Sequence record: NC_104190.1
Direction: 5' to 3' (one strand)
DNA length: 64,000 nt
From: Escherichia phage IME178
In this document: one piece after another, positions 1 through 9,615 of the stretch
How positions within the stretch are numbered: the stretch's first letter is position 1
How the letters are laid out: every line of letters begins with the position of its first letter
Notes under the pieces: generated by a model
The model's input: the letters and a program-made list of their open reading frames with translations, nothing else
The model's database searches: none
What the model was told of the DNA's origin: nothing
Program-made: the position numbers and the translations under genes

Positions 1-393
1 CCAGATGATTATAAATGGGTTAAGCCTAATGTAATCTTCTTTGGAGAGCATGCCCCTGCATACGCAGAAATGTATAATGTTTTTGATGGTATTACCAGTC
101 AAGATATGATCATTGTGGTTGGTTGCTCTAACCAAGTAATTAACTTCTACTGGGAATTATTTCCTGTTCTTAATAGGACTGCTGCGAAATTTATGGTAGT
201 TAACTACTATGATAGTGCCCTAGCAGCAGAGCCAGGCTATCAAGGTATGACTCGTAGTGAGATGTACCAGTTGGAAGAACGCGGTGTCCCTTACTGGAGT
301 AAAGGTGCGGTAGATGCTTTCAGTGACCCTGATTTTATTGCTCGTGTAGAAGCTCATTTAGAGGGTAGACCTTATGTGTCAGGAAATAAGTAA
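1..393 (+). CDS. Sir2-family NAD-dependent deacetylase-like protein, C-terminal part (5' end lies before the window)
   Basis: Frame is open from base 1; translation PDDYKWVKPNVIFFGEHAPAY...DMIIVVGCSNQV resembles the Sir2 C-terminal region (PNV.FFGE, then hydrophobic stretch + G.S). Confidence 0.55.
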   Translation, partial: PDDYKWVKPNVIFFGEHAPAYAEMYNVFDGITSQDMIIVVGCSNQVINFYWELFPVLNRTAAKFMVVNYYDSALAAEPGYQGMTRSEMYQLEERGVPYWSKGAVDAFSDPDFIARVEAHLEGRPYVSGNK

Positions 394-886
394 TACTCCA
401 ATTATTTTTCTAGATATTGATGGGGTGCTCAATTCGAGCATCTCCCACCATCATGCACCTGATAATGAAAAGATTTTCTTTGGGAGTGACTGGGTTTTCA
501 AACCGCTTCTCAAGGCTTTTCAAGATTTTATTCGTCCTTCCTCGATAATGATTGTTGGGGTATCCTCATGGTTCTCTGTCAGGAATGAGATGGAGAACGT
601 TCAGATTATGACCGGATTAGGTCTTATCGATCGTTTTCTTGGTACAACGGATTTTACTGGGGGTGGGCTATCTAGAGGTAATTCTGTTCTCCGTTTCGTT
701 GAAAAGCATAAGCTCAAACATTGGTGTGTACTTGATGATGCGGGTGCTATGATGTATCAGTACCCAACGGTTATAGTCAACGGTAGGACTGGGATAAATC
801 TTCAGGATTTAAGAGCTGTTAGCTATATGCTAGAATTTAGCCCAGATCTTGAAATGTGTAAATCCTTACAACAATTTAAGGTGTAA
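374..886 (+). CDS. HAD-superfamily phosphatase-like protein
   Basis: 170-aa ORF with N-terminal IIFLDIDGVLN (HAD motif I, DxDG); overlaps the end of the Sir2-like gene. Confidence 0.55.
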   Translation: MCQEISNTPIIFLDIDGVLNSSISHHHAPDNEKIFFGSDWVFKPLLKAFQDFIRPSSIMIVGVSSWFSVRNEMENVQIMTGLGLIDRFLGTTDFTGGGLSRGNSVLRFVEKHKLKHWCVLDDAGAMMYQYPTVIVNGRTGINLQDLRAVSYMLEFSPDLEMCKSLQQFKV

Positions 887-898
887 ATATGTTCAATA

Positions 899-1315
899 AT
901 GTATTCTCTAAAGAAGCTAACCCAGTTTTGGTTAACTTTTGGCGTACTCTCCCAGCTAGTGTATAATGAGGCTATTAACTCTTTGAAAATATGGTGTGAG
1001 AATAACGAAATCTCCTTTGCTTTTAAAGATGATATTGATGAGGCCCCCTGTATTGGTTTAATTGTGCAGGTAGAGGATGGCCTTGAAGAGATTGTGGGCT
1101 GGAAAGAGTTAGACGAAATGGGCTTAGTTTTTGCGTTAAACTATAAGCTGTTTATGCCTGCTAAGCATCGCCTCGTTGTTAACTATAAAAATAGTGAATC
1201 TCCTGGTTTTCAGGTTAATGAACGTTATGGTTGGTCTTACTTACCGGAAGAAGTAAATGAGGGGATTCAGAAACTTCGACGTTTCGGGTATATGATCCCA
1301 GGTTTAACTGCTTAA
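899..1315 (+). CDS. hypothetical protein, tandem paralogue 1
   Basis: 138-aa ORF sharing D(E/D)(A/P)PCIG...W.EL..MGL..ALN...F and C-terminal R(F/V)G..(I/V)PGL with the next ORF. Confidence 0.55.
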   Translation: MYSLKKLTQFWLTFGVLSQLVYNEAINSLKIWCENNEISFAFKDDIDEAPCIGLIVQVEDGLEEIVGWKELDEMGLVFALNYKLFMPAKHRLVVNYKNSESPGFQVNERYGWSYLPEEVNEGIQKLRRFGYMIPGLTA

Positions 1316-1324
1316 GGAGGCAGA

Positions 1325-1714
1325 ATGGAACAAGTATACTGGCGTCAGATTGACCCTAGTTTGGTGAAGCGTGCGGAGAAGCTGCTACAACGTTGGTTGG
1401 GGGTAAGACAAGCCTCCTTCACTTTTCCTGAGCAGCAAACAGATGATCCCTGTATTGGTGTTTTCCTATCCGGCTACGCCGGGGAATGGGAGATGGACTG
1501 GAATGAATTGTCCGCTATGGGTTTAATTGTTGCCCTAAACTTCTCTATATTCCATCCACGTGGTTTGGCCATATGTCGTGTGCCTGATGACGGTTGTTCG
1601 CCCCATCTTTTACAGGTGGAAGATGATACTTGGGAGTATACTCCGGATATTCTTAAAGAAGCTAAAGAACAATTAAACCGTGTTGGGATCTATGTTCCGG
1701 GATTAAATGACTAA
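1325..1714 (+). CDS. hypothetical protein, tandem paralogue 2
   Basis: 129-aa ORF, paralogue of 899..1315; RBS GGAGG immediately upstream. Confidence 0.6.
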   Translation: MEQVYWRQIDPSLVKRAEKLLQRWLGVRQASFTFPEQQTDDPCIGVFLSGYAGEWEMDWNELSAMGLIVALNFSIFHPRGLAICRVPDDGCSPHLLQVEDDTWEYTPDILKEAKEQLNRVGIYVPGLND

Positions 1715-1808
1715 TGATTTTTATTAGCTGAACTATGATTACCGAGTCATTTTGGCTCGGTTTTATCCGTACTCAAGACCAATGATAGCACCATCCGGAA
1801 AATTTTAC

Positions 1809-1837
1809 TTGCAGGATGCCCAAAATCTTGATATAAT
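1809..1837 (+). promoter_or_regulatory. sigma70-type early promoter (TTGCAG, 17-bp spacer, TATAAT) with conserved downstream ATTGAATTGAGAGA
   Basis: Member of a repeated promoter family in this window; sits about 500 bp upstream of the likely start of the 2338..5127 gene. Confidence 0.4.
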
Positions 1838-2337
1838 ATTTATATTGAATTGAGAGACATTAGTAAAAATTGATTTTGCTAATTTTTCTTGTTTACAATC
1901 CGCGATACGGAACAGTTAGGCTGCCCCATTAAGGGTTGTTTTAACTGTTACATGTTAGTTTTTAAACAAATAGTTAATAGAATACTTAGCGATCTGCGCC
2001 CCATAGGAACCCTGGTAAGGCCTCGAAGCAACCTAGTATGAGGTGGTTGTGAAGTGAGATGGGAGGAGTGAAAAACTACCGAGACGTGATTCTGTAAGTT
2101 ATATTGCATCTAGTATGAGCTAGTATATGAAGCATTAGGTGAGCAAATCTGGCTTAGCGGCCATCCTCAAGGATTTGTGCGATATAGCAAAGCAGCAGCG
2201 CAGCGTGAAAGTGGAAGTTGCCACCCCACTTCAGTATTTGCGATTAATTTGTTGAGAAATTGACAGTAACAGTTGTTCTATTCTTTCTGAATAGTCCTAA
2301 AGAAAATTTATTTCATTTCCAACACAGGAGTATTGTT

Positions 2338-5127
2338 GTGTTCTCAATCCTACAAGGTCATGCAGGATTTCATCGCGATTTAGCCACAGGCAATTGGCGA
2401 GAAGTTAAAGCAGAAGATTATCTTTTTGCTAAAAGATTTTCCTCAAAGCATCCTGAAGGTAAACCAGCTTCAATGCCCTTCAAGTTTGATGTAATTGATG
2501 AAGTTGATCCTCAAACCCTAGTAGAAATGCTTCCTCTTATGAGACGTTTAACGTCTGACCCTCATATCGTTGCGGTACGAGGTAGATGTCTTGCACCTAA
2601 AAATAATGTGCGACGTAAGAAGGGCAACTTTAATGTATCTAACCCAAGTCATATAATTGCAATGGACGTGGATGGTATTGTGGATACAGGTGGTTGTAAC
2701 AAGTTTGATCTTGTTGGCATGGCTCGACATATTATTAGAATGTTAAATAGTATTAGTGAGGATATGTTTCCTCTTGATGCAGGGTTTATCGCTCATGCAT
2801 CGTCTTCGGCTGGGCTAAAACCAGGTATCCGAATGCACTTAATACTAGAATCTAATGTTAAAGTAACTCAGGGTCAAATCAAATTCTTATTTACATCTAT
2901 CAATGAAAGTAGTAGACAAAAGTATGGCTTTGATATTGCCGACTTAGCTTATTACTCTTCCGTACAGCTCCATTATTTTGCAGATCCGTTATTTACCGAT
3001 GGTATAGTAGATCCGTTTAAAGCGGAGGGTGCTTCACGTCTGGTATTTGTTAAAGGTTCTAAAGTAAATTTACCAAATAATCTGGTTGACTATGAAACAA
3101 CTAGAGGTGAGTTTAAGGAGGAGTTTTACTCTTTACTCGATCAAATTAAAGGTAAAAAAGCTGCCTCTGATAAAGTAGAGGAAACTATCAGCGAACTAGA
3201 AGAAGCTGAGGATGGGGTGTACTTGCGTATTATCCCCAAACTATACCATAGAGCATTAGAGGATGGTGTTGATTTTGCATGGCTAGAAAAAGAAATCCGT
3301 CCAGCCTTATCAGAATATATCGCAACTAAAGATAACAGTCGTAATATTCAAGATTACTTTAATAACGGTCGTAAACAGGCTCTGAAAGCATTTGTTAATA
3401 ATTCTAAACGCGATATACCTGATGTTTTAAAAGGTATTCCACTTAAAAAGCTAGAAACTAACTCCCTAGAAACTGATAACTTCTTGAAATTAAATACTGT
3501 GCCACCAGAAGGTTATATGACTTTTGTAAAAGCAAGTCTAGGTACAGGTAAAACCACGGCGGTTGTGCGTTGGTTAGATTCAGGAGTTATTAAAGGTAAT
3601 TTCTTAGCAATTACCAATACTAGAGCGCTGGTGTCTTCAAATGCTAAGAAATTCAGTGCAGGACAATATGATAAGTCTGTAGATATGCTTAATTTTAAGC
3701 GTGGTGCTATTGACCGTATGTCCACAACTATTCACTCTTTGCATAAGTTCAAGAGTTTTATTGGTCAAATTGATGCAATCTTTATCGATGAATGTGATGC
3801 TGTAATGAATGACCTGTTATTCGCCCCGGTTGTTAAACAACGTCGTGAGTGTATTCAGGTTCTTCGGGATATTCTTGCAACTGCAAAAATCATTATATTA
3901 TCAGATGGTGATATTAGTGCAGAAACAATTGAAGCATATGGTTCCTTGATTGAGTTTGATAAACCGGTTGCATTTTATAATCACCACCGTAAGATGTTGT
4001 CAAAAGCTCATGCTTATGAGTTCCCTGATGAATCCAGTATTTGGGTTGCACTTCAGACTTCTCTAGAGATGGGTGAGAAATCTATTCTGGTATCTGACTG
4101 TGGCCCTGATGAGCTGAATGAGAAGGGCATGGCATTACGTCGTAATACGGGTGCGTTAGTTAAGGAAATCCACTCAAACTCTACGTCTGATGTAGATATT
4201 CGACGTATTCTGGATTACACAACTAATGAGCTAATTGACCAACAAATTGATTGCTTATTATGTAGTCCATCCGTAACTAGTGGTGTTGACTTCAACTATT
4301 TTGATAACGTATTCGTTATTACTAGAACCAGCAACCAAGCGCCAAACATGCGTTTCCAAGCAATCAGGCGCGACCGTGGTGCTCAGAACATCTATTATTT
4401 TATTGATAAATCTACGAGTGGATTCTCCGCAGGTTCTGAACAATATAACATTGATGAAGGTTGGCTGGAGTTAGCACAGCAATTATACGCACGTCGCAGG
4501 GAGCTGGAATCTAGGAACTATACTAGTACTTTACGTTATTACTTGCTTGATCAGGGTGCAACTATTGATATTTTCAGTGAAAGCTGGGGAACTATCGAAG
4601 GTGCAGGCAAAGAGTATACAGAAGAGCGAATCAAAGCCATTTTGTATTCAACTCCTGATTATTGCGCTCCACGTCATGCGGATGCGTATGAAGCTAAACT
4701 ACTTCTTGTTCGCTACTATCATCTTGAGTCTATTAAAGATGTAACAGTTGAGCATGTTGAACAATATATCAAGGATAAACCGAATGATCGAGCTGCATTC
4801 TTCCATAAAATGCACGAGATGTTCTGGGAAGATATTAAGAAGTGTTCAAACGTCACTATCAAACCATTCATAGAAGCTCTGAAAGGTAAGAAGAAAGATT
4901 TCTTCCTTAAAACAGGTCAGAGTGCTAACCCAAAATATGCGAGAATGTATCTTGGTATGATGGGTATTGGTAAGGATATGAACACTGAAAATATTGTAGA
5001 CTGGTACAGAACCTATTGTAAAATCGAGTGTATGCCAATCCCATATAAGTTTATGACTGATGAGGAGAAACATATGCATGATGAAGCAATGGCAGAGCTA
5101 GGTGCTAGAAATGACAGTGAAGAATAA
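2338..5127 (+). CDS. putative primase-helicase: AEP-like primase domain fused to P-loop NTPase
   Basis: Long ORF (track 2260..5127); likely start GTG 2338 after RBS AGGAG. N-terminal IIAMDVDGI and GIRMHLIL resemble AEP primase motifs I/II; Walker A GTGKT and Walker B IFIDECD follow. Confidence 0.65.
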   Translation: MFSILQGHAGFHRDLATGNWREVKAEDYLFAKRFSSKHPEGKPASMPFKFDVIDEVDPQTLVEMLPLMRRLTSDPHIVAVRGRCLAPKNNVRRKKGNFNVSNPSHIIAMDVDGIVDTGGCNKFDLVGMARHIIRMLNSISEDMFPLDAGFIAHASSSAGLKPGIRMHLILESNVKVTQGQIKFLFTSINESSRQKYGFDIADLAYYSSVQLHYFADPLFTDGIVDPFKAEGASRLVFVKGSKVNLPNNLVDYETTRGEFKEEFYSLLDQIKGKKAASDKVEETISELEEAEDGVYLRIIPKLYHRALEDGVDFAWLEKEIRPALSEYIATKDNSRNIQDYFNNGRKQALKAFVNNSKRDIPDVLKGIPLKKLETNSLETDNFLKLNTVPPEGYMTFVKASLGTGKTTAVVRWLDSGVIKGNFLAITNTRALVSSNAKKFSAGQYDKSVDMLNFKRGAIDRMSTTIHSLHKFKSFIGQIDAIFIDECDAVMNDLLFAPVVKQRRECIQVLRDILATAKIIILSDGDISAETIEAYGSLIEFDKPVAFYNHHRKMLSKAHAYEFPDESSIWVALQTSLEMGEKSILVSDCGPDELNEKGMALRRNTGALVKEIHSNSTSDVDIRRILDYTTNELIDQQIDCLLCSPSVTSGVDFNYFDNVFVITRTSNQAPNMRFQAIRRDRGAQNIYYFIDKSTSGFSAGSEQYNIDEGWLELAQQLYARRRELESRNYTSTLRYYLLDQGATIDIFSESWGTIEGAGKEYTEERIKAILYSTPDYCAPRHADAYEAKLLLVRYYHLESIKDVTVEHVEQYIKDKPNDRAAFFHKMHEMFWEDIKKCSNVTIKPFIEALKGKKKDFFLKTGQSANPKYARMYLGMMGIGKDMNTENIVDWYRTYCKIECMPIPYKFMTDEEKHMHDEAMAELGARNDSEE

Positions 5128-5344
5128 AAAATGGGAAACAAGGAAGTTTCCAGTAAAAGAACGTAAAGTTCCTGTTTACGACACTTCGGAAAAGCTATGT
5201 AGGGTGGTACCGCATAGACTAGCTGGCATCCCTAACATATCCGAGTGGTTACTTAAACAACGGAAAACTAACGTGTCTCTTCGCGTAGGCTTTGAGTTAG
5301 ATAAAGTCTATGCTGAACTTGCTTCTTTGCTCAAGGAATCGTAA
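5111..5344 (+). CDS. hypothetical protein
   Basis: ORF track 5102..5344; ATG at 5111 overlaps the end of the upstream gene. Confidence 0.35.
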   Translation: MTVKNKKWETRKFPVKERKVPVYDTSEKLCRVVPHRLAGIPNISEWLLKQRKTNVSLRVGFELDKVYAELASLLKES

Positions 5345-5352
5345 AAATTTAT

Positions 5353-5381
5353 TTGCATAGTGCAAAAAATTTCTGTATAAT
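5353..5381 (+). promoter_or_regulatory. sigma70-type early promoter (TTGCAT-17-TATAAT) with conserved ATAAATTTGAGAGAGGAG leader
   Basis: Leader/RBS runs directly into the ATG at 5413. Confidence 0.5.
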
Positions 5382-5412
5382 AGATTCATAAATTTGAGAG
5401 AGGAGTTTAAAT

Positions 5413-6117
5413 ATGGCTGGTTCTCGTAGAAAGAAACATATCCATGAAATCCCGGATGAAGTCTTTAAAAAGGTTATAGAGCATCTGGAGAACGGTGGTA
5501 CTAAGAAAGCAGCATGTGAAATGCTCGGCGTATCGTCCAATCCAACTATGGAAAGGATGATTGAAGAATGGCAAGACCGCCAGATTCAGGTTGCCGAAAT
5601 GAAGAAAAAGAAACGTGGCACTCTCATTGAAGGCATTGAGTTAGCCAACGTTATTGAGCAGTATTTATCTGGTGATTCTTTTGAAGAAATTGCCGATCGT
5701 AATTATCGCTCTGTAGCAATGGTTAAATCTGTTCTGGAACGATATGGTGCTCTACTTCGTTTGAACGATATTGTAGATCCATTGAATCCTCCAATTATTC
5801 CTGATGATGCTGTAGCAGAAGAATTTGCAGTTGGTGAGCTTGTTTGGGTTCCTGGATACCAGTGTATCGGTGAAATCAAAAAAGCAATGGATAATCCTGT
5901 TGGTTGTTACCGTGTATGGCTTCTATCAGAAGGCAAACAACAGAACGTTCATTATATGAATTACGAGTTGGCCTCTGTTAAACATCTGGAAAAGTTAGGG
6001 GTTGACGTAAAATCTCTAGGATATAAATGGACTAGTGAAGAAATTATTACGTTGATTAACGAAGCTGTTAAGGCTGCCCTGAAACTTGATAAAGAAAAAG
6101 GAAAACGCCGTGAGTAA
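5413..6117 (+). CDS. helix-turn-helix DNA-binding protein (putative regulator)
   Basis: 234 aa; two HTH-like stretches (GGTKKAACEMLGVSSNPTMERMIEEW and SFEEIADRNYRSVAMVKSVLERYG). Confidence 0.55.
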   Translation: MAGSRRKKHIHEIPDEVFKKVIEHLENGGTKKAACEMLGVSSNPTMERMIEEWQDRQIQVAEMKKKKRGTLIEGIELANVIEQYLSGDSFEEIADRNYRSVAMVKSVLERYGALLRLNDIVDPLNPPIIPDDAVAEEFAVGELVWVPGYQCIGEIKKAMDNPVGCYRVWLLSEGKQQNVHYMNYELASVKHLEKLGVDVKSLGYKWTSEEIITLINEAVKAALKLDKEKGKRRE

Positions 6118-6373
6118 GCTAACAGATTTGCTTAAAGATGGAGATGTAAAATATCTCCAGCGGGATAGCTGGGGTAATTGGGATGCTCGTACTTATTACT
6201 CTACTATTATAAAAGTAGATGTTGATAATAATGATATTATCGAGTTTACCTGGTGGCCCAATGAAGATGGGTATACCAAGTTCGATATAAAAGACGCAAC
6301 ATGGAAGACCACCTCCCTAACCCTAGAAGAAGCTCTGGCGGATGATTGGGAGATCGTTGAGCTAGATGTATAG
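6110..6373 (+). CDS. hypothetical protein
   Basis: ORF track 6086..6373; probable GTG start at 6110 after AAGGA, overlapping the upstream stop. Confidence 0.45.
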   Translation: MSKLTDLLKDGDVKYLQRDSWGNWDARTYYSTIIKVDVDNNDIIEFTWWPNEDGYTKFDIKDATWKTTSLTLEEALADDWEIVELDV

Positions 6374-6393
6374 CAGTTATCGAAAAATTTCAG

Positions 6394-6422
6394 TTGCTTA
6401 ATCCTATAATTCTTGATATAAT
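6394..6422 (+). promoter_or_regulatory. sigma70-type early promoter (TTGCTT-17-TATAAT)
   Basis: Same family; upstream of the gene at 6480. Confidence 0.45.
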
Positions 6423-6479
6423 ATTCTCATAGTTTGAAAGAACTATTCTGTTTAATTCTTAATTAAGGAAATATAAAAT

Positions 6480-6890
6480 ATGACTACTCCAACTCAGTGG
6501 ACTGATGAACTGTTCGAAAAAATGTCTTCCGAATACGTTGCTCGTATGGAACAATTCCCAGAGGATGAACGTCCTGGTGTTAGCATGGAAATTGTTAGCG
6601 AAATTGCCCAGGAAAATGGTGTAACTCCGAACGGTTTTCGTATGAAGCTAACTAAAGCAGGTTTGTATATCAAGAAAGCTGCTGGCTCTGCTTCTAAATC
6701 TAGTGCATCTACTGGAGAAAAAGCTTCTGGTGGTTCTCGCACTTCTAAAGCTCAAGCTCATGCCGACCTTCGTTCAGCATTCTCTGATGCTGGCCTAGCA
6801 CCAGATTTTCTGGATGATGCAATTATCGACAAACTGACCGGTAAAGCGGCTGCTCATCTGGCAGAAGCAATCCGAGCTATCACTAAGTAA
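6480..6890 (+). CDS. A2-like paralogue (small, apparently highly expressed protein)
   Basis: 136 aa with E. coli-optimal codons; shares W(T/N)(D/E)E, EIA(Q/K), KLT(K/S)A and a C-terminal KL(T/E) helix with the 135-aa A2-like ORF at 56311..56718. Confidence 0.6.
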   Translation: MTTPTQWTDELFEKMSSEYVARMEQFPEDERPGVSMEIVSEIAQENGVTPNGFRMKLTKAGLYIKKAAGSASKSSASTGEKASGGSRTSKAQAHADLRSAFSDAGLAPDFLDDAIIDKLTGKAAAHLAEAIRAITK

Positions 6891-6926
6891 TTTTTAGATA
6901 AATCCACCAACAAAAGGAACACAGTT

Positions 6927-7223
6927 ATGACCAAAGCTGAAATTATCGCACAATGTGAAAAATTTGGTGAGTTTTATCTTCATTACGAGAAACTTCGTCA
7001 GAAAGGAACCACATACCTTCAGGGTACGATGGAATTTGATCCAGCCCAAGATAAATATCTAGCTGAGCGTATTAAACGTGAACGTATTCGTAAAGCGAAA
7101 GATGATGAGATCCTTGTCTTCTCTCGTACTAATGATAGTTTCCGTTTTATTCCTGTCGAGAAAGTCCGTCGTGTGACTAGCCTCCAATCAGAGTTAGATC
7201 GTGCTTCTCCAGTAGGCCGATAA
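6927..7223 (+). CDS. hypothetical protein
   Basis: 98-aa ORF followed by a terminator hairpin. Confidence 0.5.
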   Translation: MTKAEIIAQCEKFGEFYLHYEKLRQKGTTYLQGTMEFDPAQDKYLAERIKRERIRKAKDDEILVFSRTNDSFRFIPVEKVRRVTSLQSELDRASPVGR

Positions 7224-7233
7224 GAAACCAATT

Positions 7234-7256
7234 AGCCCCTATATGGGGCTTTTTGT
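7234..7256 (+). terminator. rho-independent terminator (AGCCCCT-ATAT-GGGGCT + T-run)
   Basis: Perfect stem followed by TTTTTG. Confidence 0.6.
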
Positions 7257-7273
7257 GTATTTGGAATATGTAA

Positions 7274-7582
7274 ATGAGCGAACAGGTAAATCAAAACTAT
7301 GAAGGACACGTTGATGACCAGTCCATCATACTTTGGGAGAAGGAGGGAGAACAAGTAAGATTAACAGTATCTGAATTTCGTGGGAATCTATACATGGGTA
7401 TTCGTTACTGGCTTCTTGATATTAATGATGAATGGTTTCCAACGAAATCTGGCTTCTCTTTTCCTTACACCCTAGAAACAACATCACAGCTTTTCTATGC
7501 GTTTACACAGATTCTTAGCGAATCTGAGGTTTTACATGAAGTACAGAAACGAGCTGAAGAACTCAAAGCCAAGAATGCCTAG
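7274..7582 (+). CDS. hypothetical protein
   Basis: 102-aa ORF; stop codon lies inside the terminator stem. Confidence 0.5.
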   Translation: MSEQVNQNYEGHVDDQSIILWEKEGEQVRLTVSEFRGNLYMGIRYWLLDINDEWFPTKSGFSFPYTLETTSQLFYAFTQILSESEVLHEVQKRAEELKAKNA

Positions 7583-7596
7583 TTCTTGGCTTTTTC
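7568..7596 (+). terminator. rho-independent terminator (GCCAAGAA...TTCTTGGC + TTTTT)
   Basis: Inverted repeat followed by T-run. Confidence 0.6.
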
Positions 7597-7609
7597 TTTA
7601 TAAATGTAT

Positions 7610-7638
7610 TTGCTTTCAACTCAGTTTTATTATATAAT
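7610..7638 (+). promoter_or_regulatory. sigma70-type early promoter (TTGCTT-17-TATAAT) with conserved ATAAATTGATGAGAGA leader
   Basis: Upstream of the ligase N-terminal ORF. Confidence 0.5.
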
Positions 7639-7669
7639 ATTTATATAAATTGATGAGAGATATAAATAA

Positions 7670-8640
7670 ATGACTAATGTAAAAGACTTTATTAAACGCT
7701 GTCAAGAAGCATATTATCAAGGTATGTCTTTAATCTCTGACGAAGAATATGATCGTCTGATTAAAAGATTTCCATTAGAAGAAGAGATCGGGCCTAAGGG
7801 TGATATTCCACATCTGTATCGTATGTATTCTTTACAGAAAGTTTATTATAATCGTGGAGATAAACCTCCGTTCAACCCGTTAGGTCAGGTAGAAACTGAT
7901 AAGTTAGATGGTTGTGCGATTTCTCTGTTATATATTAATGGAGAATTTGTTCAAGCACTAACTCGTGGTAATGGTATTCTAGGGAATGATGTCACAAGCA
8001 ACGTAAGATTGCTGAATATCCCTAAAAAGATTTCCCAAAAAGTACCTACTCAAATCACTGGTGAAGTTCTAATTACAAAAGAAGTAGAAAATAAACGTAA
8101 CTTTGCCTCTGGTGCTATTAACCTCAAAGATAGCGATGATTTCGTACAACGTATTGGGGAAGGTGGTTTAATCTTCGTTGCATATGGTATCCAGTGTTCT
8201 GCTGAATCTGTAGGTATTACAGAAGCGTACTTAAAAGATATGCTCTGGCTGGAGAATGAGACTTCTTAACAGTTGTTAATGTGCGTTCCTTCTTTAAGTG
8301 GATTCCGACGGATGGTAAAGTTGTTCGTATTAATGACAACAACAAATTCTTCCGTGAAGGCTGGACTAATAAATTTCCTCGTGGAGCATTCGCTATTAAA
8401 GAAGATGAAGAAGGCGAGATTACAACTCTTACTAAAGTTGAATGGCAGGTAGGGGCTTCTGGTAAAGTAACTCCAGTTGGTTATTTCGAATCGGTAATTA
8501 TTGATGATGCTACAATTGTTAAGGCGACTCTTAATAACGTTGATTATATTAACTCTCTTGATCTAGAGATCGGTTGCCAGATTCGAGTAATTCGTGCTGG
8601 TGGTGTAATCCCGTGCATAGTAGAGCGAGTATACGATTAA
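7670..8640 (+). CDS. NAD-dependent DNA ligase, N-terminal subunit (adenylation + OB domains); frame break near 8260-8269
   Basis: Two track ORFs (7670..8269, 199 aa, KLDG KxDG motif; 8281..8640, 119 aa) in different frames separated by 11 bp; together about 322 codons. Confidence 0.6.
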
Positions 8641-8692
8641 TATATGTAACCCTTTGCTACCCATCTACCATATAGGAATTATAAAGTGGTTA

Positions 8693-8721
8693 TTGACATT
8701 TTCGCCGCTTAGGTATATACT
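8693..8721 (+). promoter_or_regulatory. near-consensus sigma70 promoter (TTGACA-17-TATACT) inside the ligase spacer
   Basis: Followed by a 7-codon mini-ORF (MARVSKVS). Confidence 0.4.
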
Positions 8722-8785
8722 ATTATCATTCAGTTGAGGGATAGAAAGTTATGGCGAGGGTAAGCAAAGTTAGTTAAAATTGTAG

Positions 8786-8814
8786 TTGCTAAATGCTTAA
8801 ATACTTGCTATAAT
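8786..8814 (+). promoter_or_regulatory. sigma70-type early promoter (TTGCTA-17-TATAAT) with conserved leader
   Basis: Same family; leader AAATTGATAAGGAAG precedes ATG 8845. Confidence 0.5.
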
Positions 8815-8844
8815 ATTTATATAAATTGATAAGGAAGAAATTTG

Positions 8845-9615
8845 ATGAAAATCGAAATTCCAACACAATGTCCCTCTTGTGGTTCTAAGCTAGATCTTGT
8901 CAATGGACAATTATTCTGTCGTAATAAGTCCAACTGTCCAGCGCAATCAAGTAAGTTAATTGAGAACTTCTGTACAAAAATGAAGTTAAAGGGCTTTGGT
9001 CCAAAAACTATTGAGAAGCTGGAGCTGACGAAGATTTCAGAACTATTTTACCTAACCGAACAAGATTTGGTTAGAGCCGTGGGTAGCAAGGTTGCCGCTA
9101 AGTTAATTAGCGAATTAAATACTAAAGTTCGCGGAGACATTGACTTTGGTTCAGTTCTCGGTTCTTTAGGAATCCCTCTAATAGGAGAGGTTGCAGCAAA
9201 GAAATTATCCCAAAATTGCAACAGCTTCCATGATGTGAAGGCTGACGGCAAGGCTGGAGAAAACTATAAAGCCTGGCTAAATTCCCCACAAGGCAAGGAT
9301 GTTATCGAACTACCGTGGAAATTCTCAACTGGTGCTAAAGCTAAAACCGTCGTTACTGATGATTTAGTTGCCCAGCCAAATGGAATCGCGGTATGTATTA
9401 CCGGGTCTTTGCAAGACTTTGCAAATAGAACGGATGCAACAAACTATTTAGAAGGTCTAGGATATACGGTTAAGAAATCCGTTACCAAAGACGTCAAATA
9501 CCTGATCTGTGAGGATGAATCAAAACGTTCTTCCTCATCTTATAAGAAAGCCGAAACGAATGGGATAGAAATCCTGTCGATTAAAGAACTATTGGAGAAA
9601 AATAATAATGTCTAA
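8845..9615 (+). CDS. NAD-dependent DNA ligase, C-terminal subunit (Zn-finger, HhH, BRCT-like)
   Basis: CPSCGS...CRNKSNCPAQ zinc-finger motif; ORF track 8842..9615, ATG at 8845. Confidence 0.65.
   Translation: MKIEIPTQCPSCGSKLDLVNGQLFCRNKSNCPAQSSKLIENFCTKMKLKGFGPKTIEKLELTKISELFYLTEQDLVRAVGSKVAAKLISELNTKVRGDIDFGSVLGSLGIPLIGEVAAKKLSQNCNSFHDVKADGKAGENYKAWLNSPQGKDVIELPWKFSTGAKAKTVVTDDLVAQPNGIAVCITGSLQDFANRTDATNYLEGLGYTVKKSVTKDVKYLICEDESKRSSSSYKKAETNGIEILSIKELLEKNNNV

Noticed and set aside
1715-2260. Possible tRNA gene in the long intergenic region
   Set aside because: No cloverleaf-compatible segment or conserved T-loop GTTCGAAT/D-loop motifs by eye; the T5 tRNA cluster appears to lie outside this window.
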